A DNA stretch of 64,000 nt, taken from assembly GCA_030626845.1 (NCBI GenBank), contig DAOUTG010000001.1, positions 24,974 to 88,973 on the forward strand. The letters are read 5' to 3'. Shown in pieces: positions 51,222 through 59,927 of the stretch. The translations under genes and the position numbers were made by a program. Position 1 is the stretch's first letter. Every line of letters begins with the position of its first letter. This DNA is from Methylococcaceae bacterium. Its GTDB lineage: Bacteria; Pseudomonadota; Gammaproteobacteria; Methylococcales; Methylomonadaceae. A model generated the notes under the pieces. That model saw only the letters and a list, made by a program, of their open reading frames with translations, did no database searches and was not told the origin of the DNA.

Positions 51222-51656
51222 TTATTTTTTATTACTTACTTTAAGCGGTAATTTATTGTCTTCCCATGATTGCATTCCACCTTTAACGCTTAGTATTTTT
51301 TCAAAACCTGCTTTTACTAATGTTTTAGAAGCGGCTGTAATACGTGTGCCTGTTTGGCAAACCAATAATACTTCCGTGTTTTTATAAGCATCTAATGATT
51401 CTAATTTTTCTTCAATCTTATCTAAAGGAATATTTTCAGCCCCTTCAATATGACCTTTAAGATAATCATGAGGGTCTCTTACGTCCATAACAAATACTTC
51501 TTTCGTATTCATTCTTGTGACGGCTAATAAAGGGGATAAGGTTTCTACTTTACTAAAGGTGTTTTCAATTAAATCTTGAATAAGTAAAAAAGCAACCACA
51601 ACAAAAGCAAAAGAAAGTAAATAATGATTGCTAATAAAGTCTATATATTGATCCAT
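51222..51656 (-). CDS. membrane-anchored single-domain rhodanese (YibN-like)
   Basis: N-terminal transmembrane segment 'YLLSFAFVVVAFLLI' and active-site loop 'CQTGTR'. Position upstream of secB, as for E. coli yibN. Confidence 0.8.
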   Translation of the reverse strand: MDQYIDFISNHYLLSFAFVVVAFLLIQDLIENTFSKVETLSPLLAVTRMNTKEVFVMDVRDPHDYLKGHIEGAENIPLDKIEEKLESLDAYKNTEVLLVCQTGTRITAASKTLVKAGFEKILSVKGGMQSWEDNKLPLKVSNKK

Positions 51657-51698
51657 GAGATGTTTTTGTTATTATATTAAGTGCTGATGAAATAATGA

Positions 51699-52013
51699 TT
51701 AATGACGGCTACAAAAAATCTCCCGCATCATACTAATTAGTTTAAGCATCCGTTCATCATCAATAAAATAATAAACGCGATTGGCCTCTTTTTTGAAACC
51801 TAATAAGTCTTTTTCTCTTAAAATAGCCAAATGCTGAGAGATATTACTTTGACTCGTACCCACTTGTTCAACAATTTCTTGTACACTAATTGATTCATTA
51901 CCAAGAACACAAAGTATTTTTAATCGTAAAGGATGAGACATTGCCTTTAAACAACGCGCAGCGCGAGTAATATCTGCATCGTCATAAGGTGCTTTTTTTT
52001 CGTTATTTTTCAT
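51699..52013 (-). CDS. ArsR/SmtB-family regulator with BigR/SqrR-type cysteine pair
   Basis: wHTH 'HPLRLKILCVL...VQEIVEQVGTSQSNISQHLAILRE'. Cys35 and Cys101 are 66 residues apart. Confidence 0.75.
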   Translation of the reverse strand: MKNNEKKAPYDDADITRAARCLKAMSHPLRLKILCVLGNESISVQEIVEQVGTSQSNISQHLAILREKDLLGFKKEANRVYYFIDDERMLKLISMMREIFCSRH

Positions 52014-52166
52014 GACTTAATAGGTTCTAAAACTACACAGTGAAGTTTAACCCTCGCATTATAGGTTGATGTGGGCTTTCGTCAAGCAATATATTATAAT
52101 AGGGACTGAAATAGTCGAAATTCTAATGCACTACAGCTTCTAAAATTATAGCAAATGGATTAATTT

Positions 52167-54005
52167 ATGCCTTTTATCCGAATAAGTTTTTTTTATTTTT
52201 TATTACTATTTACCCCTTTATTATCCGCTGATGAAACATTTTCTGTCTCAGGGCTTAAAAAATTTACAACACAATTATTTGATGATGAATTATTAACAGC
52301 AGATAAAGCATTTCAGTTTTTTGTCAATGTAAAAAATGAAACGACATTAGAATTAAACTGGGTGATTGCTGAAGGTTATTATTTATACCGAGATAAAATA
52401 AAACTACGCCGATTAAATAATAAAAATGTCAGTCTTGGTCATTATCAAATCCCTCATGGTGAACCTAGACATGACGAAGCGTTTGGTGAGGTTGAAATTT
52501 TTTATCAACAATTAAAGTTTGATGTTGCAGTATTACGTAAAACAATGACATCTGAGACCCTGATCTTAGAGGTAGATTTTCAAGGTTGTGCTGATCGGGG
52601 GGTTTGTTATCCGCCGATGACAAAACAAATATCCTTGCAATTACCCCCTACCATTCAATTAAGTCAAATAACCAATAAAGTCATCACGATTCCCTCTGTT
52701 TTGTCAGAGCAAAATCAAATTGCAAATGCGCTGCAACAAGATACTTTATGGCTAACTTTATTAAGCTTTTTAGGTTTTGGATTGTTATTATCTTTGACCC
52801 CTTGTATCTTTCCAATGATTCCTATTTTATCAGGAATCATTGTGGGTCAAGGTAAAAATATTAGTACAGCGAAAGCTTTTTTTCTTTCGTTATCTTATGT
52901 TATTTCTTCTGCCTTAACTTACACCCTATTCGGAGTCTTAGCGGCTTTATTTGGTAGTAATCTGCAAGTTTTATTTCAACAAACTTGGATTATTGCCCTT
53001 TTTAGTAGCATTTTTATTTTATTGTCACTTTCTATGTTTGGTTTTTACTCTCTTGAATTGCCAAAATCTTGGCAAGCTAAATTATATAACTCAAGTGATA
53101 AACATCGGGATGGTTCTTATTTAGGCGCAGGTCTTATGGGCGCGTTATCTTCTTTGATTGTAGGACCTTGTGTTGCCGCTCCCTTAGCAGGGGCTTTAAT
53201 TTATATAGGGCAAACAGGCGATGTTATTTTAGGGGGATCTGCTCTTTTTATGATGGGGTTAGGGATGGGCTTCCCCTTGTTAATTATCGGAGCATCCGCA
53301 GGTAAATTATTACCCAAAGCAGGGCAGTGGCTAAACTCAACTAAAGTTGTTTTTGGCGTATTAATGTTAGCAATGGCATTATGGATGCTAGAGCGTATTC
53401 TCCCTGCAACTATCACGATGTTGTTATCGGCGATATTATTAATCATTTCTGCGATTTATTTACAGGCACTTGAAGCGCTACCTTCTGAGTGCAATGGTTG
53501 GAATAAACTTTGGAAAGGTTTTGGAGTGATTATATTAATTTATGGGGTCTTACTTCTTATTGGTATGAGTGCAGGCAATACGAACCCTTTAAGACCCCTA
53601 CAAGGTTTAGGGCTTGCTAGTACGAAAGAAAATAACCAAGGATTACAGTTTAAACGTATTAGTTCATTAGCTGAATTAAATTCGCACATTGACCAAGCCA
53701 GTGCAAATAATCAACAGGTGATGTTAGATTTTTATGCCGATTGGTGTATTTCTTGTAAAGAAATGGAGGCTTATACGTTTACTGATCTCAAAGTAAAACA
53801 AGACCTTGCTCATTTTGTATTGTTACAAGTGGATGTGACAAAAAATTCAGCAGAGGATAAAACCTTATTAACCCATTTTAATTTAATCGGTCCCCCTGCT
53901 ATTTTATTTTTTGGGACAGATAAACAGGAGAGATCAGCGCAGAGAGTGATTGGTTATCAGGACAGTGAAACTTTTTTATCCAGTATTCAAGCCCTTGGAA
54001 ATTAA
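52167..54005 (+). CDS. dsbD: thiol:disulfide interchange protein DsbD
   Basis: N-terminal periplasmic domain, membrane core with 'LTPCIFPMIP' and 'GPCVAAPL', and C-terminal thioredoxin 'WCISC'. Confidence 0.9.
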   Translation: MPFIRISFFYFLLLFTPLLSADETFSVSGLKKFTTQLFDDELLTADKAFQFFVNVKNETTLELNWVIAEGYYLYRDKIKLRRLNNKNVSLGHYQIPHGEPRHDEAFGEVEIFYQQLKFDVAVLRKTMTSETLILEVDFQGCADRGVCYPPMTKQISLQLPPTIQLSQITNKVITIPSVLSEQNQIANALQQDTLWLTLLSFLGFGLLLSLTPCIFPMIPILSGIIVGQGKNISTAKAFFLSLSYVISSALTYTLFGVLAALFGSNLQVLFQQTWIIALFSSIFILLSLSMFGFYSLELPKSWQAKLYNSSDKHRDGSYLGAGLMGALSSLIVGPCVAAPLAGALIYIGQTGDVILGGSALFMMGLGMGFPLLIIGASAGKLLPKAGQWLNSTKVVFGVLMLAMALWMLERILPATITMLLSAILLIISAIYLQALEALPSECNGWNKLWKGFGVIILIYGVLLLIGMSAGNTNPLRPLQGLGLASTKENNQGLQFKRISSLAELNSHIDQASANNQQVMLDFYADWCISCKEMEAYTFTDLKVKQDLAHFVLLQVDVTKNSAEDKTLLTHFNLIGPPAILFFGTDKQERSAQRVIGYQDSETFLSSIQALGN

Positions 54006-54006
54006 T

Positions 54007-54510
54007 ATGAAATCGACCCTTCTTATTACATTGGTTGCTATCGTTGCGTTAGCCGCTGGAATTGGCGTACAAATAATAAATAAACCCAAAGAAATTCAAA
54101 CGGTTTCATTAGCAACGATTAGCTTGCCTAATTTAAAAGGCGAAATGCAAAGCTTATCAAAATGGCAAGGAAAAACCTTAATTATTAATTTCTGGGCAAC
54201 TTGGTGTCCCCCTTGCTTAAAAGAAATTCCTGATTTTATGGCATTGCAAGATGAATTTAAAGATAAAAACATACAATTTATAGGCATTGCCCTTGAGGAT
54301 CAACAAACGATTGCCACTTATCAGGCAGAGATTAATATTAATTATCCTATTTTAATTGCAGAATTCACGGGCGCTCAAATAGCGCGTTCATGGGGAAATG
54401 CACTTAATATAGTTCCTTTTACGGTCGTTATCAATCCACAAGGCGAGATTATTCACCGACAAATGGGTGAGTTTAGCAGACAACAAGTTTTAAGTATTAT
54501 CCAACCTTAA
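54007..54510 (+). CDS. TlpA/ResA-like periplasmic thiol-disulfide oxidoreductase
   Basis: Signal anchor 'MKSTLLITLVAIVALAAG' and 'WATWCPPC' active site. ATG lies 1 nt after the dsbD stop. Confidence 0.8.
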   Translation: MKSTLLITLVAIVALAAGIGVQIINKPKEIQTVSLATISLPNLKGEMQSLSKWQGKTLIINFWATWCPPCLKEIPDFMALQDEFKDKNIQFIGIALEDQQTIATYQAEININYPILIAEFTGAQIARSWGNALNIVPFTVVINPQGEIIHRQMGEFSRQQVLSIIQP

Positions 54511-54520
54511 AAATAAAATT

Positions 54521-55834
54521 ATGCTAAAAAAAAGCATCACTTTTTTTAAAGAAGATATCTGGCTGATCGCTGAAGATAAATTGGATGAGACTCAATACCT
54601 ATCTCTTAAATGTTTACGGATATTATTACTTGCAGTCAAAGGCTTTGATGATGATCTTTGTTTATTACGTGCTTCAGCATTAACTTTATATACCGTCTTA
54701 TCTATCGTCCCCATTATTGCGATGCTATTTGGTATTGCCAAAGGTTTTGGTTTTGAAAGCATTTTAAAACAGCAATTATTAGAGCAAATTCCTAAACAAG
54801 ATAGTATGGTTTTGCAATTAATTGAATTTGCAGAAAATATGCTTGCAAGTACGCAAGGCGGTGTCGTTGCAGGAATAGGGATCATTGTCCTATTTTGGAC
54901 AGTGATTCGTGTCATCGGTAATATTGAAGAATCATTTAATCATATCTGGAAAATAAAGAAAAACCGAGAGTTTGCGCGTAAACTCAGTGATTATTTATCA
55001 CTGATGCTACTTGCCCCAGTCTTGGTGATTGTCTCAAGTAGCATCACTGTTTTTGTCACCACACAAATAACAGGATTAATTGAAAAAACCCATCTTCCCC
55101 CTGAAGGAACGGCTACGATGCTTTATCTGCTTAATTATTCTCCCATCGTGATTATGTCTGTTTTATTTAGCTTTATTTTTATTTTTATGCCGAATCAAAA
55201 GGTTCAAATGAAAGCGGGGATTATTGCAGGGATTATGACAGGTATTTTTTATCAAATTGTTCAATGGGGGTATTTAGAATTACAAATAGGGGTCTCTAGT
55301 TATAATGCCATTTATGGAAGTTTTACCGCGCTGCCGTTGTTTGTAATCTGGTTACAGCTAGGGTGGTTATTAGTTTTATTTGGTTGTGAAATTTCTTTTT
55401 TTATCCAGTATTACGAAATTTATAAATATAACGAAAAATTTGTATCACTAAGTTTTCGATTAAAAAAGTTAATTGCACTAAGAATCATGCAACTTATTGT
55501 TAAACGTTTTATGAGAGCAGAAAAAGCATTAAATACGACCGAAATCGCATTTAAACTTGTGTTGCCTATTAGTGTTGTACGTTCAAGTTTAACGGCTTTA
55601 ATTAATAGTCAACTGATTGTTGAATTAAATGTTTTATCAACTTCTGAAAGCGTATTTCAACCCGCTCAAGATGTTAATAATTTAACCATTTATCAAGTCA
55701 TAGAAGCTTTAGAAAAACAAGGGGGAAATGAATTACCCAATATGAAAAGTTTTATTCAGTTTTCAGCAATAAATAGTTTATTTGATGAAAAAATAAAATC
55801 TATGCCTGAAAATAGTTTGTTAAAAGAGATTTGA
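54521..55834 (+). CDS. YihY/BrkB-family inner-membrane protein with C-terminal extension
   Basis: 'ASALTLYTVLSIVPIIA' and 'YGSFTALPLFVIWLQLGWLLVLFGCEISF' are typical YihY motifs, with an extra C-terminal domain of about 130 aa. Confidence 0.75.
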   Translation: MLKKSITFFKEDIWLIAEDKLDETQYLSLKCLRILLLAVKGFDDDLCLLRASALTLYTVLSIVPIIAMLFGIAKGFGFESILKQQLLEQIPKQDSMVLQLIEFAENMLASTQGGVVAGIGIIVLFWTVIRVIGNIEESFNHIWKIKKNREFARKLSDYLSLMLLAPVLVIVSSSITVFVTTQITGLIEKTHLPPEGTATMLYLLNYSPIVIMSVLFSFIFIFMPNQKVQMKAGIIAGIMTGIFYQIVQWGYLELQIGVSSYNAIYGSFTALPLFVIWLQLGWLLVLFGCEISFFIQYYEIYKYNEKFVSLSFRLKKLIALRIMQLIVKRFMRAEKALNTTEIAFKLVLPISVVRSSLTALINSQLIVELNVLSTSESVFQPAQDVNNLTIYQVIEALEKQGGNELPNMKSFIQFSAINSLFDEKIKSMPENSLLKEI

Positions 55835-55993
55835 AAGGGTTGTGTTAATAAGACGCTTATCTACAAAGCTCCCTACGGGCTACGCATTTTAAACTCAATG
55901 TGCCTAAGTTAATTTATGCACGTTCCTAAATAAAATGTTAACTTAAACCTGAATTTTTTACGAGTGAAAATTAAATTTAAATAAGGAATCTTA

Positions 55994-57364
55994 ATGACCA
56001 TCAAAACAATTATATTAGCCGCAGGACAAGGAAGTCGAATGCGCTCTAAAACACCTAAAGTCTTGCATAAAATTGCAGATAAAGCGTTATTAGAACATGT
56101 TTGTAATACCAGTTTACAATTTAAAGATAATGAGGTTTTTGTTATTTATGGCCATGGGGGCGAGCAAGTTAAAACCCAATTATCTTCACTCAATGTTAGT
56201 TGGATAGAGCAAGTTTCACAGTTAGGTACAGGTCATGCCGTTCAGCAGGCAGAAGCTGAAATTAATGATGAGGATACGGTTTTAATTTTATATGGTGATG
56301 TGCCTTTATTAAAAAAATCAACCATAGAAACATTACTGGCAAATGTGAGTGATAATTCATTGGCTTTATTAACCGTAACGCTTGAAAACCCTACAGGTTA
56401 TGGGCGAATAATACGAGATTCCAATCAACGGGTTATTAAAATTGTTGAACAAAAAGATGCAACGGCTTCTGAATTACAAGTTAATGAAGGGAATACGGGA
56501 ATTTTAGCCACTCAGGGGAAAAAACTTAAAATTTGGTTATCACGTTTAGGTAATAATAATGCTCAGGAAGAATATTATTTAACCGATGTGATTGAAATGG
56601 CAGTCAATGATGGGCTAGTCATTAAAACCTCTCAACCTGAAACGATTGATGAAGTGTTAGGGATTAATAATCGCCAACAATTAAGCCATTTAGAGCGGGT
56701 TTACCAAGGTCAACAAGCAGATAAATTAATGGCGGCAGGCGTTACTTTGCGTGACCCTGCAAGATTAGATGTTCGGGGAGAATTTTCTAGCTTAGGACAG
56801 GATATAGAAGTTGATATTAATGTGATTTTTGAGGGAACAAATAGTATTGCCGATCAGGTGAAAATCGGGGCAAATACCTTGATTATCAATTCAATTATTG
56901 AAGCTGATGTGGAAATTTTATCTCATTGTATTATTGATAATGCGATTGTCGGAAAGGGCAGTCGTGTAGGCCCTTTTGCCCGTTTAAGACCGCAAGCAAA
57001 GCTGGGTAAAAATGTTCATATTGGTAATTTTGTTGAAATAAAAAAATCAGCCATTGCTACGGGAAGCAAAGTCAATCATTTAAGTTACATTGGCGATAGT
57101 TTAATTGGACGGAATGTTAATATCGGTGCAGGAACGATTACTTGTAATTATGATGGGGTTAATAAATTTCAAACCATTATTGAGGAGGGGGCTTTTATTG
57201 GTTCAAATACGCAATTAGTCGCCCCGATTAGCGTTGGAAAAAATGCAACGATTGGGGCAGGTTCAACCTTAACTAAAAATGCCCCTGCTGATAAGTTAAC
57301 CCTTACACGCGCTAAACAAATTACGATAAAAGGTTGGATGAGACCTGTTAAAAAACAGGATTAA
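55994..57364 (+). CDS. glmU: bifunctional GlcNAc-1-P uridyltransferase / GlcN-1-P acetyltransferase
   Basis: 'ILAAGQGSRMRS' and 'YGDVPLL', with C-terminal hexapeptide repeats. Confidence 0.95.
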   Translation: MTIKTIILAAGQGSRMRSKTPKVLHKIADKALLEHVCNTSLQFKDNEVFVIYGHGGEQVKTQLSSLNVSWIEQVSQLGTGHAVQQAEAEINDEDTVLILYGDVPLLKKSTIETLLANVSDNSLALLTVTLENPTGYGRIIRDSNQRVIKIVEQKDATASELQVNEGNTGILATQGKKLKIWLSRLGNNNAQEEYYLTDVIEMAVNDGLVIKTSQPETIDEVLGINNRQQLSHLERVYQGQQADKLMAAGVTLRDPARLDVRGEFSSLGQDIEVDINVIFEGTNSIADQVKIGANTLIINSIIEADVEILSHCIIDNAIVGKGSRVGPFARLRPQAKLGKNVHIGNFVEIKKSAIATGSKVNHLSYIGDSLIGRNVNIGAGTITCNYDGVNKFQTIIEEGAFIGSNTQLVAPISVGKNATIGAGSTLTKNAPADKLTLTRAKQITIKGWMRPVKKQD

Positions 57365-57376
57365 AAAATTAAATAA

Positions 57377-57415
57377 AAGCCATATAAGGTAGGTATTCCC
57401 CACCTTAGATGGCTT
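57377..57415. terminator. long hairpin between convergent glmU and acyP
   Basis: AAGCCAT-(A)TAAGGT...ACCTTA(G)-ATGGCTT (7 + 6 + 2 bp). T-rich tail on the minus strand (acyP side). Confidence 0.5.
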
Positions 57416-57426
57416 CCAGATTACAA

Positions 57427-57702
57427 TTATTTGATGCTAAACTCGCTAAAACTAGTAAGCTCTGTTGGCAAATCAATTACCTTAACCTGTTTAACCTTTG
57501 CAAATAAAGAGCCTTTATGCGACCAAGAAATTAATTTATCTATTGCCGTCTTATCAGCAATGGCTTTAATTTCTACGCATCCATCGGATAAATTTTTAGC
57601 ATAACCCACAATACCATGTTTATCCGCTTGTTTTTTTGTAGCCGCACGAAAATAAACCCCTTGAACTTTCCCTGAGACAATGATTTTCACTGCACGGTTC
57701 AT
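57427..57702 (-). CDS. acyP: acylphosphatase
   Basis: 'VSGKVQGVYFR' signature, 91 aa. ATG overlaps the rlmL stop (ATGA). Confidence 0.85.
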   Translation of the reverse strand: MNRAVKIIVSGKVQGVYFRAATKKQADKHGIVGYAKNLSDGCVEIKAIADKTAIDKLISWSHKGSLFAKVKQVKVIDLPTELTSFSEFSIK

Positions 57703-59909
57703 CTACTTATTCTCCAACAATAATGAATCCTAGGGTTTCTGGAAAAATCATGAGGGATTGTGGTGGCGGATATATCTTCAACTTTTAAATGTTTTAAAGC
57801 GTCAGTATCTAATTGAAAACGTCTAAAATTGGTTGAAAAGTATAATACGCCCTCATCACTTAATAACTCTGCTGCATTTTGAATCAATTTAACATGTTCT
57901 TGTTGTATATCAAAAAATTGTTCCATGCGTTTGGAATTAGAAAATGTGGGGGGATTTAAAAAAATTAAATCAAACTGTTTTTTTAAGTTCTGCTGTGCAT
58001 CATCTAGCCATTGAGAACAATCACTACGGACAAATTGATAGTGTTCACCGCTTAAATTATTTAATTCAAAATTATTTTTTGCCCATTGTAAATAGGTATT
58101 TGACATCTCCACGGTTAGGGTTGATTTTGCCCCCCCTATTGCAGCATGAACCCCTGCTGTTCCCGTATAGGAAAATAGATTTAAAAAGCGTTTATTTTTT
58201 GCCTGTTGAGCAATCATTAATCGTAAAGGTCGGTGATCTAAAAATAATCCTGTATCTAAATAATCCCCAAAGTTGACCCATAACTGACAATGACCTTCAT
58301 TGACCGCATGGAATTGTGCTTTGTTATTTAGTTTTTCGATTTGTGTGCTTTCTTTTTGCTTTCGACGAATTTTTAAAAAAACTTGGTCTGAATTTATTTT
58401 TAAAACCTTAGGTATTTCTGCTAAGACGGCAGCAAGACGTTGATTGGCTTTGTGAGCATCAATGGTTTTAGGGGCTTCATATTCTTGTACGTTTACCCAA
58501 AGCTGGTCGCTTTGATAAATATCTATGGCAACGGCATATTCAGGTAAATCAGCATCATAAAGACGATAACATTCTACATCGTGCTGCTTTGCCCATTTCT
58601 TTAGATTTTTTAAATTTTTACGCAAACGATTGGCAAACATCGGGGCATTGTTATTGCTGTGTTCGGTTTGAGACGTTTTAAGAACTTGATCTAAACGCTG
58701 TTCCTGATTTTTTGCTTTTGGAATAAAAAAACTAGCTGCTTCAATATCAAGGCGCAATAATTTACATTCTAATGAACCATTATAAAAGGTGATGGGTTTA
58801 TGAGAGCGTATCCCCAGACGAAAACCTAATTCTGGATCACTAATAATCATAGCGGCTTTCCAGCCTATAAAATCATTTTTTAAAACATTGCCCAATTGTT
58901 GGTAAAGTTCAATGACTTCTTCTTTTTCGCCTAAACGTTCCCCATAAGGCGGGTTGCACATTAATAAACCTTTTGCCCAACTTTCTGCGGGTTTACTCTC
59001 ATTAATATCGCGTTTTTCCAGATGAATAAATGCTTGTAAGCCCGCATTTTCAACGTGTTGTAAAGCGGTAGCAAGGGTACGCCGACTATGGTCAAAACCA
59101 ATCAGTTTAGGCATAGTTTCTAAACCTTTAGTTTTACGTTGGTTTGCCTCATCAATTAGTGTTTGCCAAAGCATTGGCTCATGATTTTTCCAATTTAAAA
59201 AACCGTAATAATCACGTAATAACCCCGGCGCAAAATCAGCCGCTATCATCGCAGCCTCTAAAACCAGTGTGCCTGACCCACACATGGGGTCAAGAAAGCT
59301 GCCGCCTTCGGCTGCAATTTTTGACCAATCACTTCGTAATAAAATAGCGGCCGCCAAGTTTTGTTTTATGGGGGCTTTAATACTCACATCCCGATAACCG
59401 CGTTTATGTAAACTTTCACCTGATAAATCTAAACTTAATTGAGCTTGAGTGCCATTAAGATGAACGTTAATATGAATATCAGGGTGATGGGTATCAATAT
59501 TGGGGCGTTTTTGAAATTTTGCCCGCATTTGGTCAACAACGGCATCTTTTACTTTTAATGCCCCGAAATGGGTGTTATTAATGACTTTAGAGTTTTTGGC
59601 ATTAAAAGAAACCATAAAACTCCCCTCAGGTTTTAAATGATTAAACCAGTTAATTTTTTTAACCTGATCGTATAAATCTTCTTGTGAGTGCATTTCAAAT
59701 TCGGTTAAACGTAATAAAATGCGATTGGCGGTTCTTGACCATAAACAAATACGATAAGCCGTTTCTAGTGTCCCTTCAAAGGCTACGCCTGCTATGGTGG
59801 ATTTTAAGTTTTCCGCGCCTAATATTTTAAGTTCATTGGCAAGGATGTCTTCCATTGCTTTAGGGGTTGTTGCAAAAAGGGGGTAATATTTCATAAGTTT
59901 TTTGGTCAA
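57699..59909 (-). CDS. rlmL: bifunctional 23S rRNA m2G2445 / m7G2069 methyltransferase
   Basis: THUMP N-terminus, 'DPMCGSGT', 'NPPYGERLG' and a second C-terminal SAM MTase domain. 736 aa. Confidence 0.9.
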   Translation of the reverse strand: MTKKLMKYYPLFATTPKAMEDILANELKILGAENLKSTIAGVAFEGTLETAYRICLWSRTANRILLRLTEFEMHSQEDLYDQVKKINWFNHLKPEGSFMVSFNAKNSKVINNTHFGALKVKDAVVDQMRAKFQKRPNIDTHHPDIHINVHLNGTQAQLSLDLSGESLHKRGYRDVSIKAPIKQNLAAAILLRSDWSKIAAEGGSFLDPMCGSGTLVLEAAMIAADFAPGLLRDYYGFLNWKNHEPMLWQTLIDEANQRKTKGLETMPKLIGFDHSRRTLATALQHVENAGLQAFIHLEKRDINESKPAESWAKGLLMCNPPYGERLGEKEEVIELYQQLGNVLKNDFIGWKAAMIISDPELGFRLGIRSHKPITFYNGSLECKLLRLDIEAASFFIPKAKNQEQRLDQVLKTSQTEHSNNNAPMFANRLRKNLKNLKKWAKQHDVECYRLYDADLPEYAVAIDIYQSDQLWVNVQEYEAPKTIDAHKANQRLAAVLAEIPKVLKINSDQVFLKIRRKQKESTQIEKLNNKAQFHAVNEGHCQLWVNFGDYLDTGLFLDHRPLRLMIAQQAKNKRFLNLFSYTGTAGVHAAIGGAKSTLTVEMSNTYLQWAKNNFELNNLSGEHYQFVRSDCSQWLDDAQQNLKKQFDLIFLNPPTFSNSKRMEQFFDIQQEHVKLIQNAAELLSDEGVLYFSTNFRRFQLDTDALKHLKVEDISATTIPHDFSRNPRIHYCWRISR

Positions 59910-59927
59910 GTGAAAAATAGGTGTAAG

